DNA of 64,000 nt from NCBI GenBank assembly GCA_016932785.1, contig JAFGCJ010000001.1, positions 10,909 to 74,908 on the forward strand, written 5' to 3'. The stretch comes from Candidatus Dojkabacteria bacterium (GTDB taxonomy: Bacteria; Patescibacteriota; Dojkabacteria; SC72; JAFGCJ01). Below, one piece after another: positions 1-10,900 of the stretch. Positions within the stretch are counted from its first letter, which is position 1; each line of letters opens with the position of its first letter. A program made the translations under genes and the position numbers. The notes below the pieces were generated by a model. That model had not been told where the DNA came from and did no database searches. It was given only the letters and a program-made list of their open reading frames with translations.

Positions 1-176
1 TTTGATACAAGATTTGCTGTGTCTACGATCTTCTGGTCTCCAGTATAGAACGGATGACACTTTGAGCATAGCTCTGTAGTGATGTTGTCTGTAGTAGATC
101 CTGTAACGAAAGTGTTGCCACAGGAGCATGTGACCGTTACATTGTGATTGTACTTTGGATGTATCTTTGCTTTCAT
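1..176 (-). CDS. rpmE: 50S ribosomal protein L31 (Zn-binding type), runs off the window edge
   Basis: Not in the ORF track. Manual translation from ATG at 176 gives [54 protein letters not shown], with the IHP, CxCG, CSxCHPFYTG and VDT motifs of L31. Confidence 0.97.
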   Translation of the reverse strand, partial: MKAKIHPKYNHNVTVTCSCGNTFVTGSTTDNITTELCSKCHPFYTGDQKIVDTANLVS

Positions 177-335
177 GCTGGATGGGATTATATCAGGGGT
201 TTGGGGGAGAATCAAATGTTCAAAATCGTGACCTTTCGAATATTTTAAACTTCAAATATGTTGTAGGAGTCTTTCTAGTAATATTTCGAAAAAGGTGTCT
301 TTTGGGTCGAAACCGATCGGACGAACACCGCATCC

Positions 336-363
336 TTGACATATACCCCGCGGGGTATATAAT
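336..363 (+). promoter_or_regulatory. sigma70-type promoter with an embedded CsoR/RcnR-type operator
   Basis: TTGACA (336-341), 16-bp spacer, TATAAT (358-363). A perfect 20-bp palindrome ATATACCCCGCGGGGTATAT (341-360) with C/G tracts resembles CsoR-family operators and lies upstream of a CsoR-family gene. Confidence 0.85.
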
Positions 364-448
364 CACGGGTAGATTTAAGTATATTTAATGGTCGATGATT
401 GACCATTACTTGTGTTTTCGACTATTTAAATTAAGTTTTTGTTGTTTT

Positions 449-676
449 ATGCCGAAAAAAGGGAAATCTTCTCTTGAAGATAGACTACATAGGATAGAGG
501 GGCAGATACGTGGTGTCGAGTCTATGGTAGAGGGAGAATCTGATCTTAGTAAAGTGATTGTTCAGCTTCAGGCTGTTATATCAGCCTTGGAAAGTGTAAA
601 ATTGGAAATTGTGAAGAGGAAGATCAAGACCAGTGTTGAGGATCAAGTTCTTGGAGCTTTGGAGCTTCTCAAGTAA
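449..676 (+). CDS. CsoR/RcnR/FrmR-family transcriptional repressor lacking the Cys ligands
   Basis: RLHRIEGQIRGV...MVE...QLQAVISAL signature; likely start ATG 449 (MPKKGK). Confidence 0.88.
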   Translation: MPKKGKSSLEDRLHRIEGQIRGVESMVEGESDLSKVIVQLQAVISALESVKLEIVKRKIKTSVEDQVLGALELLK

Positions 677-696
677 ATTTAGGATTGTGCTTTGTA

Positions 697-1413
697 ATGT
701 CTCCAAGTAAGAAGAATCGTAGTGATTCAGCGGAATCGCATAAAGCCTGCTCGGGCAAGAAAGAAAAGAAATCAAAAAAATCTAAGAAGTCTAATGTATT
801 TGCCAAAGTTTCATTAGCTGTATTTTCTATAATGGGTGTGGTAGTTCTTATAATGCCTTTTATGCCAAATATTATTTTTTGGCTTAGAGACCTTATGGGT
901 AATGTTGAATATGATCCCCAGGAAGTTAGGGCCAGGATTCAGGGTGAGGGTGGACGGGGGGATTCTGAAGATGGTTTTCAAAATACGAGAATTCTTATTC
1001 CGGAGATCGGACTTAATGCTCCTGTGGTTGAAGGTGAGGACGAGAGTGTAATGGACCAAGGTGCCTGGCACAGGCCGGGAACAGGGAATCCTATTGATGG
1101 GGGAAATACCGTTATTACAGGGCATAGATTTAGATATTTGCCTCCGAATAATTTGACATTTTACCATCTTGATAAGGTTGAGAAGGGTGATGAAGTTATT
1201 CTTTTTTGGGATGGAGTTGAGTTTGATTATATAGTTACTGAAACTTTTGTTGTGGATCCGGATAGGACTGATATCGAGGGGAATACTGTTGAACCCAAGC
1301 TTACGTTGTATACCTGTACGCCTCTTTGGACTGCGCAGAAAAGGCTTGTTGTAATAGCAGAGCCGGTCAATGATGAAGGAGATTTGGAGGAGATCGAAAT
1401 TGATGGTGTTTAG
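697..1413 (+). CDS. Sortase (class D/E-like)
   Basis: N-terminal Lys-rich stretch plus TM helix; GNTVITGHRF and LTLYTCTPLWTAQKRLVV supply the His/Cys/Arg triad. Start could be 685 or 697. Confidence 0.93.
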   Translation: MSPSKKNRSDSAESHKACSGKKEKKSKKSKKSNVFAKVSLAVFSIMGVVVLIMPFMPNIIFWLRDLMGNVEYDPQEVRARIQGEGGRGDSEDGFQNTRILIPEIGLNAPVVEGEDESVMDQGAWHRPGTGNPIDGGNTVITGHRFRYLPPNNLTFYHLDKVEKGDEVILFWDGVEFDYIVTETFVVDPDRTDIEGNTVEPKLTLYTCTPLWTAQKRLVVIAEPVNDEGDLEEIEIDGV

Positions 1414-1525
1414 TGTTGGATTATTCTAGTTGAAATTAGTAGTGAAAAACTGGCATAATCTATTTGCCACTTGAAAGAGTTTCCGAACCCGAGTTGTTCT
1501 GGATGATTAATAATTTTAGTATTAA

Positions 1526-2188
1526 ATGGTAATGGAATTGACATATTATGGTTTAAGCTGTTTCAGGATAAAATCAGGATCTGCTTGTTTAGTAACAGAT
1601 CCTTTCAATATAAGGGGTCTTGGGATCAGTATTCCTAATCTGGAGGCTGATATGGTTCTCTATACTGGAGATCCTGAAAAACTTGGAGACTGCAGTAGTA
1701 AGTTGAAGACTTCCGAGGCACGGGCTCAGTCGGGTCAGTCATATTTCGAGGTGGCTGAACCTGGAGAGTATGAGGTTGGTGGTATTTTCGTCAGGGTTTA
1801 CAGTGACTCTTCGGTCTCTGTTATAACGAGTGAGAACGTGAATGTTTGCTACTTGGGAATGATTTCTGGTCATGCCCCTTCGATTGATGAGATTGAGGAT
1901 GTTGGGAATATAGACTATCTCATTGTGCCAGTGGGTAACGGGGTGAGCTTTATTGACTGGAAGAATCTGGATAAGGTTATCAAAGATATTGATCCTGCTG
2001 TTGTAATTCCGTCTTGTTACAAACTGGATGGGTTGAAAGGAGACTTCTCGGATTTGAAGAAAGCTGAGGAATTTCTAAACGAATTTGGTTTTGGAGCTGT
2101 AGAGCCTGAGAAGAAACTGAGTCTTGTACCAGTCAGTCGCAATGAGGACTATCAGATGAAAGCGGTTGTACTTGAGAAGAGAGGCTAG
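1526..2188 (+). CDS. MBL-fold metallo-hydrolase-like protein (Lactamase_B_3-like), metal motif degenerate
   Basis: YYGLSCFRIK...LVTDPF, PGEYEVGGI, IDYLIVPVG, IDPAVVIP match the family; no HxHxDH motif. Confidence 0.8.
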   Translation: MVMELTYYGLSCFRIKSGSACLVTDPFNIRGLGISIPNLEADMVLYTGDPEKLGDCSSKLKTSEARAQSGQSYFEVAEPGEYEVGGIFVRVYSDSSVSVITSENVNVCYLGMISGHAPSIDEIEDVGNIDYLIVPVGNGVSFIDWKNLDKVIKDIDPAVVIPSCYKLDGLKGDFSDLKKAEEFLNEFGFGAVEPEKKLSLVPVSRNEDYQMKAVVLEKRG

Positions 2189-2334
2189 CCGTTGTTCTGT
2201 TAATCACTGCCCAGTGAGTATCGATAGATGATTCGTGCCATCGCATGTCTCGGGTAAATTATGAGCAGTCGAATGCATTGAAGACTGAGATTTGCGATGA
2301 GACGATCTAAGCTGTAAAATCTCGACCAACTCTT

Positions 2335-3666
2335 ATGGCAAATGCAAACGTTCCACCTCAAAATGTCGATGCAGAGAAATCCGTTCTAGGTTCAATTCTC
2401 ATGGGAAAAGATGCCCTTATTAAAGTGGCAGAATTTCTTTTACCGGAGCATTTCTATGATCCAAAGCATCGAGATATTTATGATGCTACTATGGAGCTTT
2501 TTGACGAAGGCCTTCCTGTTGATATTGTGACTCTAGCTGATAAGCTAAAGAGCAAGAAGAAACTTAGAAGAATTGGAGGGAGATCATATCTGACTGAATT
2601 GGTTGAGAATGTTCCGACGGCGGCACATGCAGAAGATTATGGGCAAATTGTTAAAGCTCTGAGTACTCGTCGGAGTCTGATTTCTGCAGCTTCGAAAATA
2701 AATGGTGTAGCATTCGATGAAGAAAGAGATATTGCTGATATTCTGGATGAGTGTGAGCAGGAGTTGTTTTCAATTTCTCAGGCAAGCCTTCGTGAGAAAT
2801 TTATTCATATACGTGAGCTCCTCAAGGATGCCTATGAGCGTGCGGAAACTATTGATCAGAAAAAAGACAAATTGACCGGAGTTCCAAGTGGATTTAAGGT
2901 ACTTGATAATATTTTAGGTGGGTTCCAGCCTTCGGATATGGTAGTGCTTGCGGCACGCCCATCCGTTGGTAAAACTGCCCTTGCTTTGGATATAGCCCGC
3001 CATGCTTCGGTAGTCGAGAAGAAGAAGATTGCCTTCTTTTCACTCGAAATGTCTGATATGCAGCTTATGGATCGTATGCTTGGAATGCAGGCGAGGGTCC
3101 CTTTCTGGGATATGAAAATGGGGAAACTTAAGGATGAGGCATTTGAGAGAATAGCTGATGCTATGGGACAACTGGCTGAGGCTGAAATTTTTATCGATGA
3201 TAAGCCTGGGCAAAGTGTTATGGAGGTCCGGACCAAGGCCCGTAGATTGCAGCTGGAACAGGGCGTTGATTTGGTAGTCGTTGACTATATGCAGCTGATG
3301 CACTCTCGCAATCTTGAGAATCGTGTCCAGGAGGTATCTGAGATATCTATGGGCATGAAGAATCTGGCACGTGAATTAAAGGTGCCGGTGCTTGTTCTGT
3401 CACAGCTGTCGCGTGCAGTTGAACAGAGAGCTGACAGAATACCTCAGCTTAGTGATCTTCGTGAGAGCGGCAGTATTGAGCAGGATGCCGATGTTGTAGT
3501 CTTTTTGCACAGGGAGGAACAATATAATCCTGACACGGATCGGAAAGGGATTGCGGATTTGATTATATCTAAGCACAGAAACGGTCCAACGGGGAGGTAC
3601 GAACTTGCGTTTGTTAAGGAGTTGGGTAGCTTTAGGAATTTAGAGAAGAAGAGGAAAGAGGAGTAG
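2335..3666 (+). CDS. dnaB: Replicative DNA helicase DnaB
   Basis: PPQNVDAEKSVLG, AARPSVGKT, FSLEMS, VVVDYMQL, LSQLSR, SDLRESGSIEQDAD, KHRNGPTG. Confidence 0.99.
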   Translation: MANANVPPQNVDAEKSVLGSILMGKDALIKVAEFLLPEHFYDPKHRDIYDATMELFDEGLPVDIVTLADKLKSKKKLRRIGGRSYLTELVENVPTAAHAEDYGQIVKALSTRRSLISAASKINGVAFDEERDIADILDECEQELFSISQASLREKFIHIRELLKDAYERAETIDQKKDKLTGVPSGFKVLDNILGGFQPSDMVVLAARPSVGKTALALDIARHASVVEKKKIAFFSLEMSDMQLMDRMLGMQARVPFWDMKMGKLKDEAFERIADAMGQLAEAEIFIDDKPGQSVMEVRTKARRLQLEQGVDLVVVDYMQLMHSRNLENRVQEVSEISMGMKNLARELKVPVLVLSQLSRAVEQRADRIPQLSDLRESGSIEQDADVVVFLHREEQYNPDTDRKGIADLIISKHRNGPTGRYELAFVKELGSFRNLEKKRKEE

Positions 3667-3782
3667 TCTTTTCTGGGGATTTTGTAGCTTTCGGGTTTCA
3701 CTTATTCGGGCTGGTATAAGGCTTGATTTTGGGGTACAATAAAGCCCATATTGTTTTACTAAGATGTAATCAGATTAAAACC

Positions 3783-6059
3783 GTGTCAGCTTCAGTTGAT
3801 GGTTCAGATCTGCCCGGTGTCTCTCAGGATGGTCATGTATTATCTGATGTTCTAGGTCCTGTCGGACCTCATCCCGATTCACTTCCCGGCGAAATTTTTG
3901 TATCTATTGAACAGCGCAGAGATTCATCCCCGGAAGCAATCTTTGCTGCTAGGGTAGATCTTCTTAAGGCCCTGGAGCCTATGGGTGTATCCGGTTTTGG
4001 TACAGAAGAAGAAGGTAGAGATTTTCTGGTGGAGGTTTTTGATGGAACCCTTGAAATGCTCAGATGCTGGCAGGACAGATTAGACGAATCGGCAGTGCTT
4101 GAGTTTCATAGGTGTGCTATCTCTATTTTCCCTGAATCAGAACTACCTCTAAGGATAGCAGAGTGGATGAAGGGCTTTTCGAGGATACATGCTTTGATAG
4201 AAACAGCAGGTGCCCAGCAAAATCCTGCACTTATGGCTAGGGTGCACCGTGAAATTATATTTGAATATGCCGTGAGGGCTCAGAGGTGTCCAAATTTGTT
4301 GTGGCCTCTTGAGCCGTCGATATCTAGGAGGGATGAACAGTGTATGGGGTTCAATAGAGTATTAGAACACCTAGCCCGGACGGTAGTTGAAAGAATGCCG
4401 TACTATGCTACATTTATGGCGCTTCCGGCCATAGAGGAAATAAATGATGTTGATATGAGAAGTCGAACTATTGTTGCATTGGTTGAAAGGTTAAGAAGAA
4501 GAAACATTGGGAGTAGTGAGCCTGCGGAAAAGCTGGCTCTGTTTGAATTAAGAAATTTTTTACTTGCGAAACTTTTTTCTGGTGAGGATGGAACAGAGTC
4601 AGCAGATTCTCGTGCTGCAATTGCCTCATTTGCCGTTGCTGCTTTAGAGGATAGGGGTCATTCAATGCCGTCGGCATGGGTTTCCCGATACCAGAGGGAA
4701 TATAAAAGTCTTGCGGATAGTGGAAAAAGAGCTGATCGGATTAGGGCACTAGCCGATATTGGGTGGATATGGCCGGGCTCGGATACTGCCTTAGGATATG
4801 CGACTAGACTTTGGGAATCTGGGGTTTTTAGTGATAAATGGAAGAGAGTAGAGCTTGCTATGTCGGTAGTAGATGCCGGAATAAGCATCGGTCTCGTAAG
4901 AAACCCTGTTTATCTTATGGGTGATTTATTGAAAAAAGCCAGAAGGTGGGAATACAGAGGTGGGGTGGGTCCGCGCGCTGAAGCAGTTGACAGGGTGGCT
5001 GAAAGGTTTTCTCTGACTTGTGCGTTACTGGTGAGATCTCAGGCCGGTCTGATACAAGATAGGGATCTTTCCCAGAGAGTGCTGCGTGATGAAGATGATT
5101 CAATGGAGCTCTCTTATAAGGTGCTTCATCGTCTTTCAACCCGTATTAAAGGCTTTGCTCGGGAGGGTATTATGATGGATCAGGCAAGAATGAATCTGGC
5201 AACCTCTGCCGCATGGCTTGGAGATAGAAAAATATTTGAGGAGGCTCTTGAGAGTGTTACGGAGCCTGACGTGATACTTCCGTATATTCCCGGGATTATT
5301 GAGGCGTGGGCCTGTAGAGGTGAGTGGGAAACGGCAGTAAAGATTTATGAGATGTGGTTCGAGGATATTGAGCCGAGTGTAGTAGCGGAAATTAGCGATT
5401 ACAGCAGAATAGAACTGCAGGCAAGAAGCACGATGCTTTATGTTAGAAGTCTTTTTGGGGCTAGTTGTGCACGCGAGGAGGGAGATGTCCGTCCGGAAAA
5501 TACTGTGGTTAAAGAATTATGGTTGGATCCTGAGAAAGAAAGTGCCATGGCTGATATTGCGGGTCTGATAGAAGCCGAAATTGACTTTTGGCTGGCCAGG
5601 CTAGAAGGTACTTTGCCTGAAGGGGTACAGCCTCGGGGAGGATATTTTACCCCTAACAATACTAGTGTAGACAATAGCGCACTTAAAAAATACCTTGTGT
5701 ATAAAACAGCTCTGGATGTGGACGGCATTGAATTTGAAGGTCAAGCAGCAAGGGCTGTTATTATTTTCACGCAAAGGGCACGGTCCAAAGGTCCTATCTG
5801 GCAAAAGGATGCAAGTAGACGAGCTATAACCTGGGCCAGAGTGTCAATTTTCATTGAAAAACCTGAAGCAGAATCAGAGGAGGGTTCCAAGGATCCGGAT
5901 TTGGAGTTTAGGCTTTCTTCTTTGGCTAATATCTCTGATATTTATGAAGGCAGACAGAGAAATGGCAAACCCTTTCCCGAAGTTGCACTTAAGATGCGTA
6001 CGGCTCTAACGGATATCTTTGATTCTATTAGAGCTAGATCAAATATAGCTCTAAAATAA
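3783..6059 (+). CDS. Hypothetical alpha-helical protein, paralog of the next ORF
   Basis: Long ORF. Likely GTG start at 3783 in the same AAAACC-RTG context as the 6115 start. Sequence blocks are shared with 6115..7875. Confidence 0.8.
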   Translation: MSASVDGSDLPGVSQDGHVLSDVLGPVGPHPDSLPGEIFVSIEQRRDSSPEAIFAARVDLLKALEPMGVSGFGTEEEGRDFLVEVFDGTLEMLRCWQDRLDESAVLEFHRCAISIFPESELPLRIAEWMKGFSRIHALIETAGAQQNPALMARVHREIIFEYAVRAQRCPNLLWPLEPSISRRDEQCMGFNRVLEHLARTVVERMPYYATFMALPAIEEINDVDMRSRTIVALVERLRRRNIGSSEPAEKLALFELRNFLLAKLFSGEDGTESADSRAAIASFAVAALEDRGHSMPSAWVSRYQREYKSLADSGKRADRIRALADIGWIWPGSDTALGYATRLWESGVFSDKWKRVELAMSVVDAGISIGLVRNPVYLMGDLLKKARRWEYRGGVGPRAEAVDRVAERFSLTCALLVRSQAGLIQDRDLSQRVLRDEDDSMELSYKVLHRLSTRIKGFAREGIMMDQARMNLATSAAWLGDRKIFEEALESVTEPDVILPYIPGIIEAWACRGEWETAVKIYEMWFEDIEPSVVAEISDYSRIELQARSTMLYVRSLFGASCAREEGDVRPENTVVKELWLDPEKESAMADIAGLIEAEIDFWLARLEGTLPEGVQPRGGYFTPNNTSVDNSALKKYLVYKTALDVDGIEFEGQAARAVIIFTQRARSKGPIWQKDASRRAITWARVSIFIEKPEAESEEGSKDPDLEFRLSSLANISDIYEGRQRNGKPFPEVALKMRTALTDIFDSIRARSNIALK

Positions 6060-6114
6060 AGAAAACTACAGGATAGATACCCTAGTTGGGAGTAATTTTT
6101 AGAAGAGAAAAACC

Positions 6115-7875
6115 ATGAGTGCAGGAATGACGGCTGGCGAAACAGGTGGCGGAGAGGCTACTGCCTCCTTGGCTCCTCTTAGTGATGAGATTGATGGATT
6201 AATGGCAGATGAGGGTAGGAATGGTACTGAAAATCGGCATGTTACTTTAGAATCACTTGCGGCTGACTTGGAAAGTCTTGACGACCTTGGACCCGAGGAA
6301 AGGATTCGGGCCAGAATTGCCTTGATTGATGCCATGAGTTTTGATGATTCCTTAACACAGGAAAGGGTAAGATGTCCTGGGGTTGACGTTCGAGGCCTAT
6401 TTGAAGGTGCTATTGATTGCCTTGATGGGATGGAGCCATTTCCTGGGAGATATCGATTTGGGAATGAGCTTCATGATCAGGCCTTGAGGTTGTATCGCGC
6501 TGGTGCTCTTAGAGATATTCCCGACCAGATATTAGAGCATCTTAGTGAGTTTCATAGGATAGAGCGGCTTGAGGAAACAGCACGAAGAATTGGTCGAGGT
6601 GGTGCACTGGTGAGAGCTATGGAGGAGCTGGCAAGTGTGGAGCAGAGGATGATTATGGGGGCTGCTGCTGCTATACATAGTGATGAGGAAATTCGACGTC
6701 AGATGGATGTGATTGAACAACTGTATTCTGGGTTGGCAGTTGCGGCTACTGATAGTCTTGATCTTAACTATGCTCCGTGGGCTATTCCTTTTCTAGCTAA
6801 AGTTAGAGATCCTAGAGTAGCTATACCTACAGCCATACAGGTGACTAAGAATTTGCTTAGGTATGAGGGATCACCGTTGGCATCGTGGGTAGCGGGACGT
6901 CTTTTATTTCAAGTGAGTCAATCTATTAATTGGGCAGGCGATGATAAAGCACGACCGAGAAGTATACAATATGATGATATTGCGTCTGTGGCCTCACTTT
7001 CCCAGCGTATAGACTATTCAGCTGTAGTCCCTTATCGTGAAATGATCGATAAGGCGGCACTAATATTGAAGGAACCTCGCGATGGAATGCCTAATGTTAC
7101 AGTAATTGCTAATGAAGTTAGATATGCTGTAGCTACAGGACAACTAGATTTGCTGGATGGAATATCGGAAAAAATAATTGGTACGAGAATGACTCATCGG
7201 GATAGGGTAGACCTTACTTCTTGGGCCTCATCTGAATTAATGAAGGCAGGCCATTTTCATGAAATAATTGCATTATGTCATGACCTTATCGGTAGAAACC
7301 CTAGGCGTCTTTTACGTTCTGAAAATCCAAAGATATGGACCTTGGATGTTGTTTGTGAGATTGCTTGTTCTTTTTCCAGAGATTGGACTAAGGCATGTCT
7401 TGGTCTTACACGTGATAGGGTGCACGCAGCGTTGGTTAGGGAGTATAGAGAAGGTGTTCCGAGAAGTTTTCTCGATGGAGTATTAAAGCAGGTTAGAGAT
7501 CTGGAAATACATGGATCTGCTGAAGATGCTGATGAACGGCGCTATACTATGATGCAGTGTAGGCATTTTCTTGCTAAGACGGCAGCATGGGTGGGCGAGG
7601 AGGATTTACTGCTTGGATTGGTTGAGTATAGTGGAAGTGATCCTTTGTTTTGGGAGTCTGTTCCAGAGATAATCTATGCTTGTGAGTGTAGAAGAGACCA
7701 TGGTTTGGCCATTAGGATTTATTCGATTGTCTTTGGTCGATTTTGGAGGGGCGATGCGGATAGTTCTGATGGGTTTAGGCTTTCTGAATTTCTTTCGCGG
7801 TGCGGTATAGCAAAGGCCCAAATGGAATGGGAGGAAGCTTTGGCAAGAGAGAGGGGACCGTACGGTATTCTCTAG
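6115..7875 (+). CDS. Hypothetical alpha-helical protein, paralog of the previous ORF
   Basis: 586-aa ORF with shared blocks such as IP.QI.E.LSEFHRIERLEETA and LAKTAAWVGE...VPEII.A..CR...AIRIY. Confidence 0.82.
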   Translation: MSAGMTAGETGGGEATASLAPLSDEIDGLMADEGRNGTENRHVTLESLAADLESLDDLGPEERIRARIALIDAMSFDDSLTQERVRCPGVDVRGLFEGAIDCLDGMEPFPGRYRFGNELHDQALRLYRAGALRDIPDQILEHLSEFHRIERLEETARRIGRGGALVRAMEELASVEQRMIMGAAAAIHSDEEIRRQMDVIEQLYSGLAVAATDSLDLNYAPWAIPFLAKVRDPRVAIPTAIQVTKNLLRYEGSPLASWVAGRLLFQVSQSINWAGDDKARPRSIQYDDIASVASLSQRIDYSAVVPYREMIDKAALILKEPRDGMPNVTVIANEVRYAVATGQLDLLDGISEKIIGTRMTHRDRVDLTSWASSELMKAGHFHEIIALCHDLIGRNPRRLLRSENPKIWTLDVVCEIACSFSRDWTKACLGLTRDRVHAALVREYREGVPRSFLDGVLKQVRDLEIHGSAEDADERRYTMMQCRHFLAKTAAWVGEEDLLLGLVEYSGSDPLFWESVPEIIYACECRRDHGLAIRIYSIVFGRFWRGDADSSDGFRLSEFLSRCGIAKAQMEWEEALARERGPYGIL

Positions 7876-7966
7876 GTGTAGATGAGAGAGACGTATGTTT
7901 CTTCGCTGTTGACTTTATCACTTCAGATTTATAATATGAAAACAGACTAATCTGACGATATTATCC

Positions 7967-10900
7967 ATGTCTGGGGATTCACTTTATTCATCTGGAGTTT
8001 CAGCAGAAAAATATTCTGGTAATCTTGACCGTGGGGATAGTACTTCCAGTGTGTCTAGCGAAGAGTCTGAAGAAGGTTATGAGGCATTGGTTGCTGGTAA
8101 TGTTGATCAGCAACGGGTCGCTGCTATGACAAGACTTCATGAAGGTTTTGTTTCTCAATTGGAGGCTCTCGATGAGCTTCTGGTTGATCCTTTTGCTGAA
8201 ATTGTATCGAGGGGAATGTTTCGTGAACCCTTTGATGCAATGATGGCAAACTTTCGGGGACGTCAATTATCCTGTATCCAATTTCTTGCCCGTGAGGGGG
8301 TGACGTTAGAAAACTTGGCTCAGATAGTCCTGGGTGGTGTCTTGGTTCATGAGTCTAAAGCATATTCCCGTGAAGAAGATGTGTTGTCCATGATAGGAGA
8401 GAATTTTCTTACTCAAATGTCTGGATTGTATGGATCTAGTAAAGCGGAGATTCCTGGAGACCTGGAGACAGATGTATTTTTGATTGGTGGTGGTGCGGCA
8501 TTGGGGGTGATTCTGGATATTCCGGAGCCGACCGGCCGTGCAGACATGGAATCTATAGAATATCTTGTTAATACTTTTGGGATTAGGATCTTTAATGATG
8601 AAGGTGAGGAAATACCGATGGAGGAGGACGGTGAGATGACTCTAGAACAGGCTCAAACGGTATGGAGAACGCTTCAGTCATGGAGGAGTCTGACGGTAGA
8701 TCGTTCCATGCTTCCCACTGAGTTTAAGGAAACTTTTCCTGGAGATGTTGTTGTATTCTTTGGTTATCCCGATGAACAATCAGTAAGACATGAGTCAGAG
8801 GAGGTCTTTCATCACTACCTCAGGGATCAAATGGTTTCCTATCTCAAAGAACAGGAATCTACAGCTTTAGTTCCGGATGTGTCATATACTCCTAGGACGA
8901 TATCGGAAATAGTTGGGATGACAGATGAAGACTGTCTTCGTCTATATGGTAGAGGCAGAAGAGAAGTGATAGAGGGTATTAGAGATGCTGATCGTTCAGT
9001 TTTAGCTTGGAGTATTGCTGCTCCGGCGTTATCTGAAATTAGTTCAATTCTGAGTGAGGATGAGGAACTTGTTGAGTTGGAGGGAGTTAGATTTATTGAG
9101 CAGCTTGCCTCTAGAAGTATTGGTTCCTTGGGTATACTTCCTGGGTCTGAGAGAATGGCAGCAATCAATGGCTTATCGAAGGAGGATATAGCGAAAATTC
9201 TTGAGGCATATGTTGAGGCGTATACGTTAGTTCGGGCTGTTCGTGGCAAGGTCTGTGAATTATTGCAGGAGAAAAATCCTAGAGAAGTGGCCAATCTGCT
9301 TCATGCATATTTTGGAAACCCTGTTAATTTTTTGCTTCATGGGGAGCGGGAGGAACTAGGAAGAGCCGATGGAAGTGACAGTTATTCTCGTTTTGAGGCT
9401 CAGAGGAGAAGAAATCTTGACGCGCTGACTACTTCTTTGGCAGTTTTGAAAAGGGACCAAATTCCGGAAGAAGGTCCAGAGGTTGTTAGAGGAGTTCTCG
9501 GGCTGGAAGATTTCTCAGAAGGTGAGGATGAGGGTGCTAAACCTGAGCAATATTATGTGGATACGAGGTTTGAGAGTCGATTTATTCAAGATAAAGGGAC
9601 TATTCCTGCGTGTGGTGCGGTGGTTGAGTTTGATCTTATCCCTTCGCATGGAACGACTGTGGCTATTACAATAGGAGAGGCTGGTGCTGGCGGTGGGATG
9701 AGTTCCTCGAGGAAAGCGGCTCTTGCAGCAGAGGTGAGTGGTGCGCCAGCAGGATTCAGAAGGTACGTAATTTTAGGTAAGGGCGATAGGAGGACAGATA
9801 TCTATATGGATACCGACGGACAGGTTGTTAGGTACTATAGATCTAATGCAGGCGCTGCTGACCAGAGTCTTAGTGAGCTAGAATTTCAACAAGCGTGTTC
9901 GACACATCCCGAATCCAATATGTTCTTCCTAAAAGAGGCTACGGTTGCTCTTCCTGGTGGTGAGGCGTTTGCACAGTCGTTGATAGATCTGTCTGATCTT
10001 CCGTTTACCTTCGTTCCAAAAAGTGTCTTCGAGAGACTTGATGCCGAAGGAAGAACTGAGCTTCTAGATAAAAATATCTTTCAGTTGAGTATTGCCGTTC
10101 AGCGTTTATTGCAAAACCTTGATATCCATAATGCATCTTCGTTTCTAGATAATAGGTTTACCATTGGAAGGGTAGAGCTCTCACTTCAGGAGTATATTAG
10201 AAGGATTGTTGTTTCTGCTTATAGAGCTGACTATTCTAGAGCAACGCGGTATTTTGGAACAGCTTCCAATGGTCTTGCACAAAGGCTTCATATTAGGTCT
10301 GCTGATTTAGATCAATACAGTTCTGTTGTCTATGATGGTGCTTCTGAGGAGCCTTTTGCAGTTCTTCGCAATGCTAATCAAAGTTTAGTTGATGGGGTGG
10401 AGCAGTTTGTGCTTCAGGTACTTGAGCCTGAGTTGCAGGCCGCAATTAGGCGTGCAAGTAGAGAGGCTGCTGTGGGTAGAGTTGTTGCTGGTACCGGGAT
10501 GGCGGAAAGTGTTGTGCCGGTAGCTGCGTCTACGTTGAATCATGTAGGATTGGGAGATAAGGGTGGATCGAGACGAATACTGGTGACATTGTTTCCATGG
10601 ATAGAGAATATGGTTGGCGATCTAGCGGACTTTCGTGATCAGTTGAAGGCTTCTCCCTCGAGAGATCAGTTGCTGAAGATAGGATTAAGTCTTTGTAATG
10701 CGCTGGGAGGAGTTGCACATGAGGGACTGAACGTTGTCCATCGAGATGTGAAACCACAGAATGTCTTGATTGTAGGATCAAATATGGAAAAGGTTTTGCT
10801 TGGAGACTTTGGGATTTCTGTTCATAAGGGTTCGACTATGACAGTATCTGATCTGGACTCAAGTTCAAGTGCCGGCAGGACAGCACTGATGGGGACTCCT

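Noticed and set aside
155..388. 77-aa + strand ORF
   Set aside because: Overlaps the rpmE start on the opposite strand and spans the promoter/operator; no recognisable features.
2246..2270. SRP (4.5S) RNA suggested by an AGCAG motif
   Set aside because: Lacks the CAGG...GNRA tetraloop helix of SRP domain IV.
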